Translations under genes and position numbers: made by a program
Origin: the human T2T-CHM13v2.0 reference genome, Homo sapiens
Reading direction: 5' to 3' (one strand)
Assembly (NCBI RefSeq): GCF_009914755.1
Contig: NC_060928.1
Length of the DNA stretch: 64,000 nucleotides
Shown: one piece after another, positions 53,545-64,000 of the stretch
Layout: each line of letters opens with the position of its first letter
How positions within the stretch are numbered: the first letter of the stretch is position 1
Notes under the pieces: model-generated
Seen by the model: the letters and a program-made list of their open reading frames with translations, nothing else
Databases searched by the model: none
Told to the model about the DNA's origin: nothing

Positions 53545-55333
53545 GATGATAGGTTAGTCAGAATGTACTAGTTGCTGTAACACTTCACACCAAAATTTAG
53601 TGGCTTAATGCAGTAAAGTTTATTTCTTGGTCATGCCACAGCCTATTATGAGGAAAGAAGATTTTTTCCAAGTGGTGTTTTACAGACTCAGGTTCCTCCT
53701 ATATCAACACTTTGCCGTTGTCTAGGGACTGGAGTCCTTCGGTGGGTTCCCTACAGAGAAAGTGTGGAGGATCACTTTGCAGATTTTTTTAGGAGTTGGG
53801 CCTAGAGGTATCACACATCACTTTGATCCACACTCCATAATTAAGTCATATGATCATATTTATGAAAAACATGGTCTAGCTGTGTGCCCAAGTGGAAAAG
53901 GAATATGTCTTTTGGTCAACTCATCACAGTCTCTGACATAGTATATTTCTCTGGTCCCGAAATATTCGTTAGTTTCATGTTTTTTTCTACTTACTCCTTT
54001 CTCAGAGATATATTCTGAAACGGCAGGCACTGGAGAGCAGACATATAGAAATGCCACAAGGGAGGCCTTATCATGACCCCCTATAAGTGGAAGATATTAC
54101 TTGACACTCTTTTTAGGCCTTCCCTGGTTTCACAGCCTATTCCTCTTCATGCAAATATGGGAACTAAAACATTATTTTATCTTTTGGTCAGTGGCTTTCA
54201 AGTTCAGGCTCATGTTTCCTTTGGTAATATTATTATATTCTCTCATAAATGTGGTCTCTTATATTTGCTTCCAGTGAGTTCCGTGTGGCACTAACTGCAG
54301 CCAAAGCTATTTTTCAGGCAAAAAAATTCTCAAGACTCTTTCTTGCTTTCTCAAACCCATGGGGCAATCTCAAGGTAACAGAAATTACTTTGGCCAACTT
54401 TAACAATAGGTGGAAAGTCCATATGTTTAATCTAATCTTTACCACAGAAATGACTCATTGTTTTCAATTTAGAAGCTTTGCAATATCTTTGGTGCTTAAA
54501 GCTTTTTTCAATCTTGTCTTTGACTGTTTAAATCTAGGGAGCGTAAGGTTTTATAAACTTTTATTGCTCTAAATCTCTGTACTCTCTAAATTCCTTTTCA
54601 CATCCAGTTACACACCAGCCAAGACTTTCTTGAGCTCATTATTTTCTTCTAACTTGCCAAAGGCAGCCAATAATGCATACTAACACACAAACACTTTGAT
54701 TCTTTCCAACCACTTTCTCTAGAACTATAAGATCAGTAAAACATGTAGTCTGCTTTCCAAATATCCCACTACCATATTACTAGATTGCCATCTTCCTACC
54801 CTCTGATAACAGTTTCCTTGCTGCCAGCCATCTGTCTACTTAACTCAGTGCCTCATATATTAGGTTTTGCTATGGCAGCATTACACTTTAAGGTACCAAT
54901 TTGTGTAAAAATCAGTGTTTATTAAAAACAACACCCAAATTTTAGTGAATTATTAACACAAATGTTTTATTTTCTCAGCATGCAATTATGCAACGCATGG
55001 GTTCTTTGTTAGCCAGCTGTCCTGAATGGGTCTTTTCCATACAGTGAATCAGGCACTCAGACACCTTCCAACTCATAGTTCCTCCATCCTTTCGGGTCTT
55101 CAAGTCCTATGCTGAATTATCATAATTCAATTGTTAGATATGAAATAAGATATAATAAATTATGTATGAAATTTTTTAGTGGTCGGGATTTAAGGTGTTA
55201 TATAACACTTCCAACAGTTTCCATTGGACAAATCTTAGTCACATGACCACCTAGTAGAAGGTCTACCATCTAATAAGAAAACTTATTCAGCTATATGCCC
55301 AAGAAAAAACAGGAAAGTGGGCTTAATGAGCGC
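53545..55333 (-). mobile_element. Ancient two-LTR MLT1(K/L-like) MaLR remnant with internal sequence
   Basis: Colinear degenerate LTRs at ~53545-53938 and ~54903-55333; MaLR internal start motif (minus aattggtacc) at ~54892-54901. Confidence 0.55.
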
Positions 55334-55359
55334 TTGTCTCAATAAGCTTATTGAGACAA
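55334..55359. repeat. Perfect 26-bp palindrome
   Basis: ttgtctcaataagcttattgagacaa equals its own reverse complement. Confidence 0.98.
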
Positions 55360-55527
55360 CCTCTAAACAAGTTTTACATTTTGATACTTGTTACCACATT
55401 GTCCATCAGAAATACACCAGATTATCTGTCTATCAGCATTGTATGAGAATCCTCACCTTCTTTACAATCTCACCAACCTTGGAATTATATTATTAAGGTC
55501 TTTAATAACTCTCACTCTAGAATATAA

Positions 55528-55783
<256 letters not shown>

Positions 55784-55965
55784 AATTTTATAATTTTTTA
55801 TGCTTGCATTTAATTAATATGAATTTAAAATCTTCATTATTTTTTGGTCACCTTTATTTGCTATTTTATCTGTTCCTGTTATTTGCACCTTTGGTATTGG
55901 TGCAAATGGTATTGGGCCATTCAGCTTCTTCTTAATCAGTGTAACTCACAAAGTAACTCAGTTAA

Positions 55966-56200
55966 TTGTGTGTGTGCGTGTATGTGTGTATTATATATAC
56001 ATACACACAGTTATATATAATATATATTAGATATAAACATATATTATATATAATATATATTAGATATAAACATATATATAATATATACACACAATTATAT
56101 GATTTGTATTTAATAGAATTATATATTATAAATAATTTATATATAAGGTAAATATATATAACACATTTATAAGGATTATATATGGATATATATAATTCTT
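55966..56200. repeat. (TG)n/(TA)-rich low-complexity tract with 33-bp tandem duplication (56011-56076)
   Basis: ttatatataatatatattagatataaacatata x2. Confidence 0.9.
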
Positions 56201-56767
56201 TAATTTTTTTTCTTTTTTTCTGCATATAGGGTAAAAATTTTTCTTAAGTATGTTCACCATTTCTTTGAATTCTCCTTCTGCATATTAATTGAACTCCTTG
56301 CTATTTAAAAAATTATTTGAAGGTATCATTATTTTTACTTTAAAGTTTATAATCTCTTATTTGTTGAAAAATTAATCCTTTAATTTCCATGTAAGTAAAA
56401 ACAATTATCTTTTTGTATAAATCTTTTTTGAGATTATGATAGTCATTGGCATTATCTTGTCTTATGAATTATAACTTTTTTGTTATAGTTGTATATGTTT
56501 ACTCACATTAGAATTGGACATCACTCTTTTAACCTGCCTTTGATCTCCCAAAGTGTATGTTGATTCTATTTTAATCTTTGTCCCTGTTTTACCCAGTGTT
56601 CATTTTAAAACCTCTTCTAAAATTTAGATATTCTGCAGATGTATTTAATCTATTTTGTCTTTCAGCTGCCTGAGAAAGATCAGACAAACTATAATAACAT
56701 ATGAGATCATTTAATTTTCTACATTTTGGAAAGTATCATTAAATTCAGTTAGGGTAACTTATTGCAT

Positions 56768-57577
56768 TGAGAGGTGAAGCCAGCTGGACTTCCTGGGTTG
56801 AGTGGAGACTTAGAGAACTTTTTGTCTAGCGAGAGGATTGTAAACACACCAATCAGCGCTCTGTGTCTAGCTAAAGGATTATAAATGCACCAATCAGCAC
56901 TCTGTGTCTAGCTAAAGGATTGTAAATGCACCAATCAGCACTCTAAAAATGCACCAATCAGTGCTCTGTGTCTAGCTAAAGGATTGTAAATGCCCCAATC
57001 AGCATTCTGTAAAAACACACCAATCAGCGCTCTGTGTCTAGCTAAAGGATTGTAAACACACCAATCAACACTCTGTAAAATGGACCAATCAGCTGGACAT
57101 GGGCGGGATCAAATAAGAGAATAAAAGCTGGCCACCTGAGCCAGTAGTGGCAACCCACTCAGATCCCCTTCCATGCTGTGGAAGCTTTGTTCTTTCGTTC
57201 TTACCAATAAATCTTGCTGCTGCTCACTCTTTGGGTCCACACTACCTTTATGAGCTGTAATACTCACCATGAGGGTCTGCGGCTTCATTGCTGAAGTCAG
57301 CGAGACCACAAACCCACCGAGAGGAACAAACAACTCCAGACACACCACCTTTAAGAGCTGTAACACTCACTGTGGAGGTCTGCGGCTTCACTCCTGAAGC
57401 CAGCGAGACCATGAACCCACCAGAAGGAAGAAACTCCGGACACATCTGAACATCTGAAGGAACAAACTCCGGACACACAATCTTTAAGAGCTGTAACACT
57501 CACTGTGAGGGTCCGCAGCTTCATTGTTGAGGTCAGCGAGACGAAGAACCCACCAGAAGGAATAAACTCCAGACACA
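56768..57577 (+). mobile_element. LTR12-family (ERV9) solo LTR
   Basis: tgagaggtgaagccagctggacttcctggg start; tandem CCAATCA enhancer repeats; AATAAAA TATA-like box ~57120; U5 tandem repeats ending agacaca. Confidence 0.95.
56840..57095 (+). promoter_or_regulatory. Array of 8 CCAAT boxes (NF-Y type) in LTR12 U3
   Basis: Eight ccaatca occurrences in ~24/41-bp repeat units. Confidence 0.8.
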
Positions 57578-58117
57578 CCATTAGGCAGTGACTATGTTTG
57601 TTCTATCATTTCATGAATAAAGCTATTTTGGTAAGAGAAAACAAGGCTATTTCAAAGGTGACCTGCATCCTTTCTTTATATGTTGTTGTTAATCCACAGT
57701 CACAAAGAATGGCTCTTAGAAGACACTTTCTTGAAAATGGACAATTCTAAAGTCTGTACTTCTCAAATTGAGCTAAAACAAAACACCATGGCACTTACAG
57801 ATTTACATAATACTGAGCTCAGCTTGAAGCTTAAAGTAAAACTGTTATCCAAGTAGGTAATTGAAACTTGTTAGATATTTGTGTCAATATAATCAAACTT
57901 TCAACCTCGACATATTTGAATATCATCAAATATTGATGTATTTGAATATTTATATATAACATTAATAGGAAAATACATATGAAAATCCTTTTCCTCTTAT
58001 TAAAATTGATAAAGCAAAATTGTTTGAGTCACAACTAGGAAAATGAACAGTGTTTACTCTTAACTCATACAAAGTTAATAGTTAAGATGTTGGATATCAT
58101 TACTTAAGGAAATTATC

Positions 58118-58645
58118 TGTATCAGTTATCTTAAAACAAGGGCTTAAAACTTAGTGGCTTAAAATAACAACAATCATTTAATTTGATCCAAAATGCAATT
58201 GGGGCAGGTTTCAGAAAGGTTTTTCATCATTGCTCTCTGGAAAACCCACACGGTGGCTTAACTACAAGCTGGAGAATCCACTTCCAAGATGGTCTATACA
58301 AATGGTTGGCAAGTTAGTAGTAGCTGTCAGCAGGGAGCCAACCTGGTCTAGGGGCCAAGAGGTTAGGTCACTTCTCTATTTAGGCCTCTCCATTATCTAG
58401 TTGCTCATGGTGGCTGGGTTCCAAGAGCAAGCATGCAAAAAAATCAGTCAGAAGTTGTATTACTGTTTATGACACAGACTTAGAAGTCACATGGCAGCAT
58501 TTCTAATATAGATTTAATTACATCCAGGTTTGAGGAGAGGGAATATAGAACTTATCTCTGGATGTAAGGAATATTAAAATAATATTTTAAGAGGAGAATG
58601 TGAAATGGGAGATATCGTAGGTACTTTTGGAAAATATTGTCACTT
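58118..58645 (-). mobile_element. MLT1H/G-type MaLR LTR
   Basis: 'aaaacttagtggcttaaaataacaac', 'gctggagaatccacttccaagatgg', 'agaagtcacat'. Confidence 0.7.
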
Positions 58646-60489
58646 AAGTTATTAAAGCAATGTCGTTAATACCTAGGTCTCAGATCTATAAGACAATAGA
58701 AACTGTACCTTGAAAATGCATCCATTGATGTTTATTTTTCCAATATTTTCTCCTTTTCTTAAAACAAATTTCTTGAACAAAACAATCTTTACGAAATGCA
58801 ATAAAAACTGTATATGTGAAAGAGGAAGTCAACGAAATTTCCTTAGAGTCACTCATTTGAGTAGGTCATTATGAGAAAACAAAATCTAGGTGCAAACAGA
58901 ATCAACAAATTTTTCTGCTACATTTGAAATCTTTTTAAACTTTTTATTTTACATATTTTATATCTCTGTACTGTGATTTCTGTATGCTTTCTTGTTGTAA
59001 TATTTGAAATAATTCAATATCAGTTAAGCCATAATTTTTTTCTATTATTGAGCAGATATAACCAAAATAATAATTTTAAAAGATAAAATATAAATCAAAT
59101 TTATATTAAATAAAGATCATTTTCTCATGATCAGGAGGAGAAAAGCAAGTATTTATTGCCTTAAAACAAACACAAAAGAGGCCAGGAGATGAGATAATCA
59201 TATCTTCAGAGGCAGAAGTTAAGCTTTTCAATTATTGTTTGTATATTTCTATAATTCAATGTAAGTATCTTATAATATATATGAAATACGAGGTTATAAG
59301 TAAAACTTCCAGATTATAATTAATCCCCCAAATAAGATCTCATTCTTCACATGAATTTTCTTAGGATTCCTTTCTGTGGGAATTCTATTTTTCAGAATTC
59401 CTAAAATGTATTAAAAACAGAACTCAGTAAAACTGGTATAATTTAAAAATTTTTAATAATCTATAGAAATTAAATTAGAATATTGAACTGGTACCATGTC
59501 TGAAGCATGTTTAGTAAAATATACATGAAACCAGTTTGACTAAATTAAAATGTATGCTAGGTAAAGTACTAAAAAAAAAACCCCAACAATCTGGGAAAAT
59601 TTATAGTCTATATGATAAATAACTTAATTGATATATTTACCTTTTTCAGTGATTTTCTTATGACATACATGGGTAGGAAAACTCGGGTTATCAATTTGAC
59701 ACATGAGATTTTTATCTTAACACAGGAACATAAAGAATATAGAGTTTTGCAACACTGTGGTGACATTTCACATGTTCAAAAAATCTCAATTATTCAGAAA
59801 ACAGCCAAAAACTTAGATGTAGGCAGCCAAAACAGTCAAATGTAAACACATTGAAGAGCTTCTCAGACATCCAATCACAGCCAATTTACCATTATTTCAT
59901 ATAACACCTTATCAAGCTAGATTAGCACTCTCCAACAACACAACAACAACAAAGGCATGCCTTCAACAGCATGGGAGAATGTAGAAAGGAGAAAAGTTCC
60001 ATTGACTGTATGTATGTGTTTCAGGAATTCTGTTACATATTTTTAAAATTTTGTTTACTTGATTCACACAACAGGCACTTCCTGTTATCCTCATTTTTCA
60101 GGTGAAGATAGAGAGCTTCATTTAGTTTGAGTAGCTAGCCCACAATGGGAGATCCAGGGTATAGCTGAGGTTTGTCTAACTCCAAGGTTCATTCAGTTTT
60201 CTCTGTAAGTATACTATCCTGTTTCCCCTGGGAAGACAAGAAGTGACTGCTGTGGCAGGTGTACTGACCACAGGATGATTTCTGACAGTTTGACATCAAG
60301 AGAGAACCAAACACTGCAGAATGAAACATTGAGAACAAAATGACAGTCTGGGGCAATTTATGTTTAAGGAAAATTTTCCAACTCAGCTCAAATGACTCAC
60401 TCTATTACAACCCAGATGAATAACTAATACTGAAAATAATTTTCTCCACAAAGTATGTAATAGAATTCAGAAAGATTTTCATATCTATA

Positions 60490-60533
60490 ATCCATCCATC
60501 CATCCATCCATCTATCGATTCATCCATCCATCC
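60490..60533 (+). repeat. (ATCC)n microsatellite
   Basis: Direct inspection. Confidence 0.9.
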
Positions 60534-60813
60534 AACCATATTTTCTCTGCTTAGAATATAAACTTTTATTACAGGGAAAATAATTTGGTTAGGAGTCAGG
60601 TGACCTGGGCCCCAGGTCATTCAGTCAAATCCATACTGAAAACCTTTCAATTTATCACCCTATTACTCAGCCCCATCTTCATCCCTCACTCCACCACTTA
60701 CTTTGTTTCTCATTTTCTGCCATAGTTGTTCTTTTAAAAATGCTGAGGACATTGATTTTTAGTTTTAGGAGTTAATTCAAAATGGCCATTTAATGTCTTA
60801 AAATCTCTTATAT

Positions 60814-60978
60814 ATTTTTCTTTATTTATTATACTTAAAGTTCTGGGATACATGTGCAGAACCTGCAGGTTTGTTACATAGTTATACACCTGCCATGGTG
60901 GCTTGCTGCACCCATTAACTCGTCATCCACATTAGGTATTTCTCCTAATGCTACCCCTTCCCTAGTCCCCCACCCCCC
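60814..60978 (-). mobile_element. L1PA7-like 3'-end fragment, truncated at the G-rich tract
   Basis: 'ttatacttaaagttctgggatacatgtgcagaac...cattaggtatttctcctaatgcta'. Confidence 0.9.
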
Positions 60979-61744
60979 TTTTTTAAATTCTATTTTTCTA
61001 CAAGGGTGTCATTAATTAAAAGTCCATACCAAAAAAAAAAAAAAAAAAAAGCAACTTAGAGATTCCACTTTTGGAAAGTTCTACAGACATAGTCAGAAAA
61101 ATATTTCCCCCATTGTTCATGTGACTCTACAGACTTGTTTGTATTTTCAGAAATAAAAGCATTATTAACAAACTAATATTAGTTACATTTCTATTATCAT
61201 TGTGTATATTATTTACATAAATTAGGCCATTCTTAGGACTTTTTCCAGTTATCAAACTTCATAAGTCTTTCTAAAATGACCCATTTTAGTCAACATATTC
61301 ATACAGAGACATTTCAAAAGGCATGGAATTTTACTGGAATACACAAATTATTATCATTACATGTCACAAGTAGGAACCCAAAACATGAATTTTCCATTCA
61401 AACCGTTCCCCGTTTAAAGATGAATTCAGATTAGGCATATGTAGCACATGATTAGGCATGCATTACTTGTTTTTTTTTTCATTAATGTTTACTAAATGTT
61501 AATGTCCTCAAGGAAAAGGATATTTATCTAATTTGTGTTAGGCAAAGTTCATTCGAATCTGTTCTTCTCCATCATGTAAATCCCAGGAGTGTGCAAAACA
61601 CTTTGCACTTGAAGTTAATGGAAATCAATTTGCCCAACTTCTCTTATTCTGATTAATTTTGATTGGATTTTGGATGAGGTTGGATTTTTAACTTTTTGTT
61701 GAGACTAATGACATAATGGGAGGAAAATGACATTGTGGATGTGT

Positions 61745-61960
61745 GTTCTGTGACAGGTACTAGGCTTTGATTTTTTTGTTTCTGTCCCAGATATTAGCTC
61801 ATTAATTCTTCACAATAATTTTGGCAGATAGAGTGTGTTAGGTCAAGTTAGAATATGAGGAAATTGAATCTTAGGAAACTTAGAAAACTTAAGATATTTT
61901 CCCAAGCTACATAGTTAGAAAAAAGCAGTGCCAAGAATTTGAATTCATGACCAGCTATAA
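61745..61960 (-). mobile_element. MIR
   Basis: 'attagctcattaattcttcacaat...atgaggaaattgaatcttag...ttcccaagctacatagttagaa...aagaatttgaattca'. Confidence 0.65.
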
Positions 61961-63066
61961 ATTAGATGTCAGACAATACAAATCAATTCCATAAAACATA
62001 TGATCTAAAATTTCCTAGCTAGATTCAATGCAAAACTATATTTCATTAAATTGTCATTTGTAACAAATAATATGTTTTATTTTATAACTTTTATACTTAT
62101 CAAAATGCCACGGTTTTTTCTCATTTTGATTTGCCCTGAATAATTGCAGCATAATTTTTATAAAGTTTTGATTATTAAAGCTTCAAAATCCTTTAAATAT
62201 ATTTGTAACCCTTAATTATTGAAATTCTATAGAAGTTTAACTATTTTACTCTTATGAAATTCCTTGAAAGCAGTATGATTGTTCGTTTTTCAAGGCGTTC
62301 AACTAAGACGGAGGAAAAAGTGGTTGCTTTCTTGGATGAGTTTGTCAAATTCTCTTTTGTACCATAATGAAAGCGTTATCCTTTTTTTTCCCTCTCAATT
62401 TGTCACTCGTTAATCATTCACTATTTTGTTGTTTCATATTGTCACATCATTCACTGCACTGCTTTTCTCATTAGGCTCATCCAAATGATAAATTACTCCC
62501 TGAAAGGTTGAGATTTCAGTCTTCCTTTTTTGGCAATGCTTCCATTGATCTTTTATGCTATTCTGGTCATTCCTGAAGAAATGGTCTTATCACCTCCATG
62601 CTCCATGTAGTATGTCCTCAGTCCACGTGGGCTTTCCTCTGTATTATTCATCTAAAGCAAAAGCAAACAAAACCACTTGCTGTTTAAAACATTACTTTTA
62701 ATTAAAATGAACCATCGCATAATAAGAACAGCATATGCATTGAGGAGAACTGTTTCTCATCTTAGACTGCACTGGCAGAAGATCAAGGAACTGCTCAGCC
62801 GTCTCTTTTGCTTGGCCTGTGCAGTCATTGACAGTCCAGCATCCAGGCCTGAAGTGAAACATTAGAAGGAATTTGCTGCAGAAACATGAGATGATAGAGA
62901 GATCTACATCTCTCCTGATCTTCCAGGGTTCTTGCCAGCATCATTTACAGGTATTTTTGTTCATATTTGGTCCAGAGTTTCTTCAGAACTGAAAGTCTAC
63001 CTCTCAATATTGTCTCTGACTACCTACTCATGGCAATTCAATCATTTGAAAATATTACTAATCACT

Positions 63067-63373
63067 GGCTGGGCGCGGTGGCTCACGCCTGTAATTCCAG
63101 CACTTGAGGAGGCATAGGTGGGAGGATCACGAGGTCAGGAGATAGAGACTATCCTGGCTAACACAATGAAACCTCATCTCTACTAAAAATACAAAAAATT
63201 CGCTGGGTGTGGTGGTGGGCGCCTGTAGTCCCAGCGGCTCGAGAGGCTGAGGAAGGAGAATGGCGTGAACCCGGAAGGCGGAGTTTGCAGCGCCACTGCA
63301 CTCCAGCCTGGGCGACAGAGTGAGGCTCTGTCTCAAAAAAAAAAAAAAAAAAAAGAAAAGAAAGAAAGAAAAT
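63067..63373 (+). mobile_element. AluY-like element with ~13-bp right-arm deletion
   Basis: Diagnostic 'gatcacgaggtcaggagat', 'cctggctaacac', 'gaatggcgtgaacccgg'. TSD aatattactaatcact (63051-63066) / aatattacttatcact (63374-63389). Confidence 0.95.
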
Positions 63374-63579
63374 AATATTACTTATCACTTAGCTACAATC
63401 AATGTGGGACTGGTGGAGTCAGTTAGTGGGTAGATTTCTTGTAATAGGGCAGCAAGTAATCTGCAATTAGCACTCAAAGGCATCAAAGATAGAGGGAAGG
63501 TTGCCAAAGGACAAAGCCTTCAAGGGAGGTATGTTTATTTCTTTAAAATCGGCCGCTTCAGGTGCCTTTCTCTCACTCC

Positions 63580-63882
63580 TTCCACCTACCAGCGTTCTGT
63601 CCATTCTTCAAGGAAAAGCTCAAGTTACACTTCTGAAGGAAACCTTGAATCCTTCTCTACTGGCATGATGATTGTCCCCTTTGCTTGTATTGTCTTGTCA
63701 CATATTTCTCATTTCTATCAGAAGCATCCCTCACCAGCATTGTTTTAGTTGTTTATGTGTCTGATTACTCACTGAATCATAGAAGAACTATATAAAAATT
63801 GATTTTTCTGTTTAATCTCCCTTTATACCTACTGCTGTGCCTGCATGGAAGACAAACTCAATAAATGTTTGCTGAACTGACC
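63580..63882 (+). mobile_element. L2 3'-end relic
   Basis: 'ttcttcaagg...gctcaagttacacttct' ... 'gtgcctgcatggaagacaaactcaataaatgtttgctgaa'. Confidence 0.6.
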
Positions 63883-64000
63883 TAAAATATCAAAGCTGTT
63901 GTTTGAATGTGGCCAAACTGAAAGCTCACAGTGTAATTTGATCCTGATCCGTAACATCAAAGGTGCTTCCATCTAAACCCTGAACTCTGCCTTCTGATGA

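Noticed and set aside
56840-57577. Repeat arrays superficially like CRISPR
   Set aside because: Tandem units without unique spacers, no cas genes; normal LTR12 architecture in a primate genome.
61030-61050. Isolated poly(A) run as a possible processed-pseudogene tail
   Set aside because: No TSD or recognisable upstream mRNA sequence.

Overview
AT-rich, gene-poor primate (human-like) genomic DNA dominated by interspersed repeats. I can support no host protein-coding exon, RNA gene or CRISPR array. The recognisable ORF-track entries derive from L1 ORF2, HERV-H gag/pro/pol, Alu or LTR sequence, and the rest look like chance frames. Main contents: (1) an old L1PA15/16-like LINE (1-5432) with a nested MST LTR and a nested twin-primed L1PA8-10; (2) an internally deleted HERV-H provirus (11805-14895, minus) with a second LTR7 solo LTR 1.2 kb upstream; (3) three MLT2A LTRs, an LTR12, an L1PA4 with a 17-bp TSD, seven Alus, and many MLT1/MIR/L2/MER relics. 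The most striking unexplained structure is a non-TE inverted repeat: 259-bp arms, 256/259 identical, around a 404-bp spacer (26110-27031). Other notable items are a hybrid tRNA-Phe/tRNA-His primer-binding site in the HERV-H, a shattered L1 carrying a captured ~245-bp copy of neighbouring DNA, an exact 49-bp templated insertion, a 35-bp 'tail-only' L1 insertion and a perfect 26-bp palindrome. I see no compelling evidence for a new multi-gene system. Subfamily names come from recalled consensus motifs, not a database search, and boundaries of old repeats are approximate.
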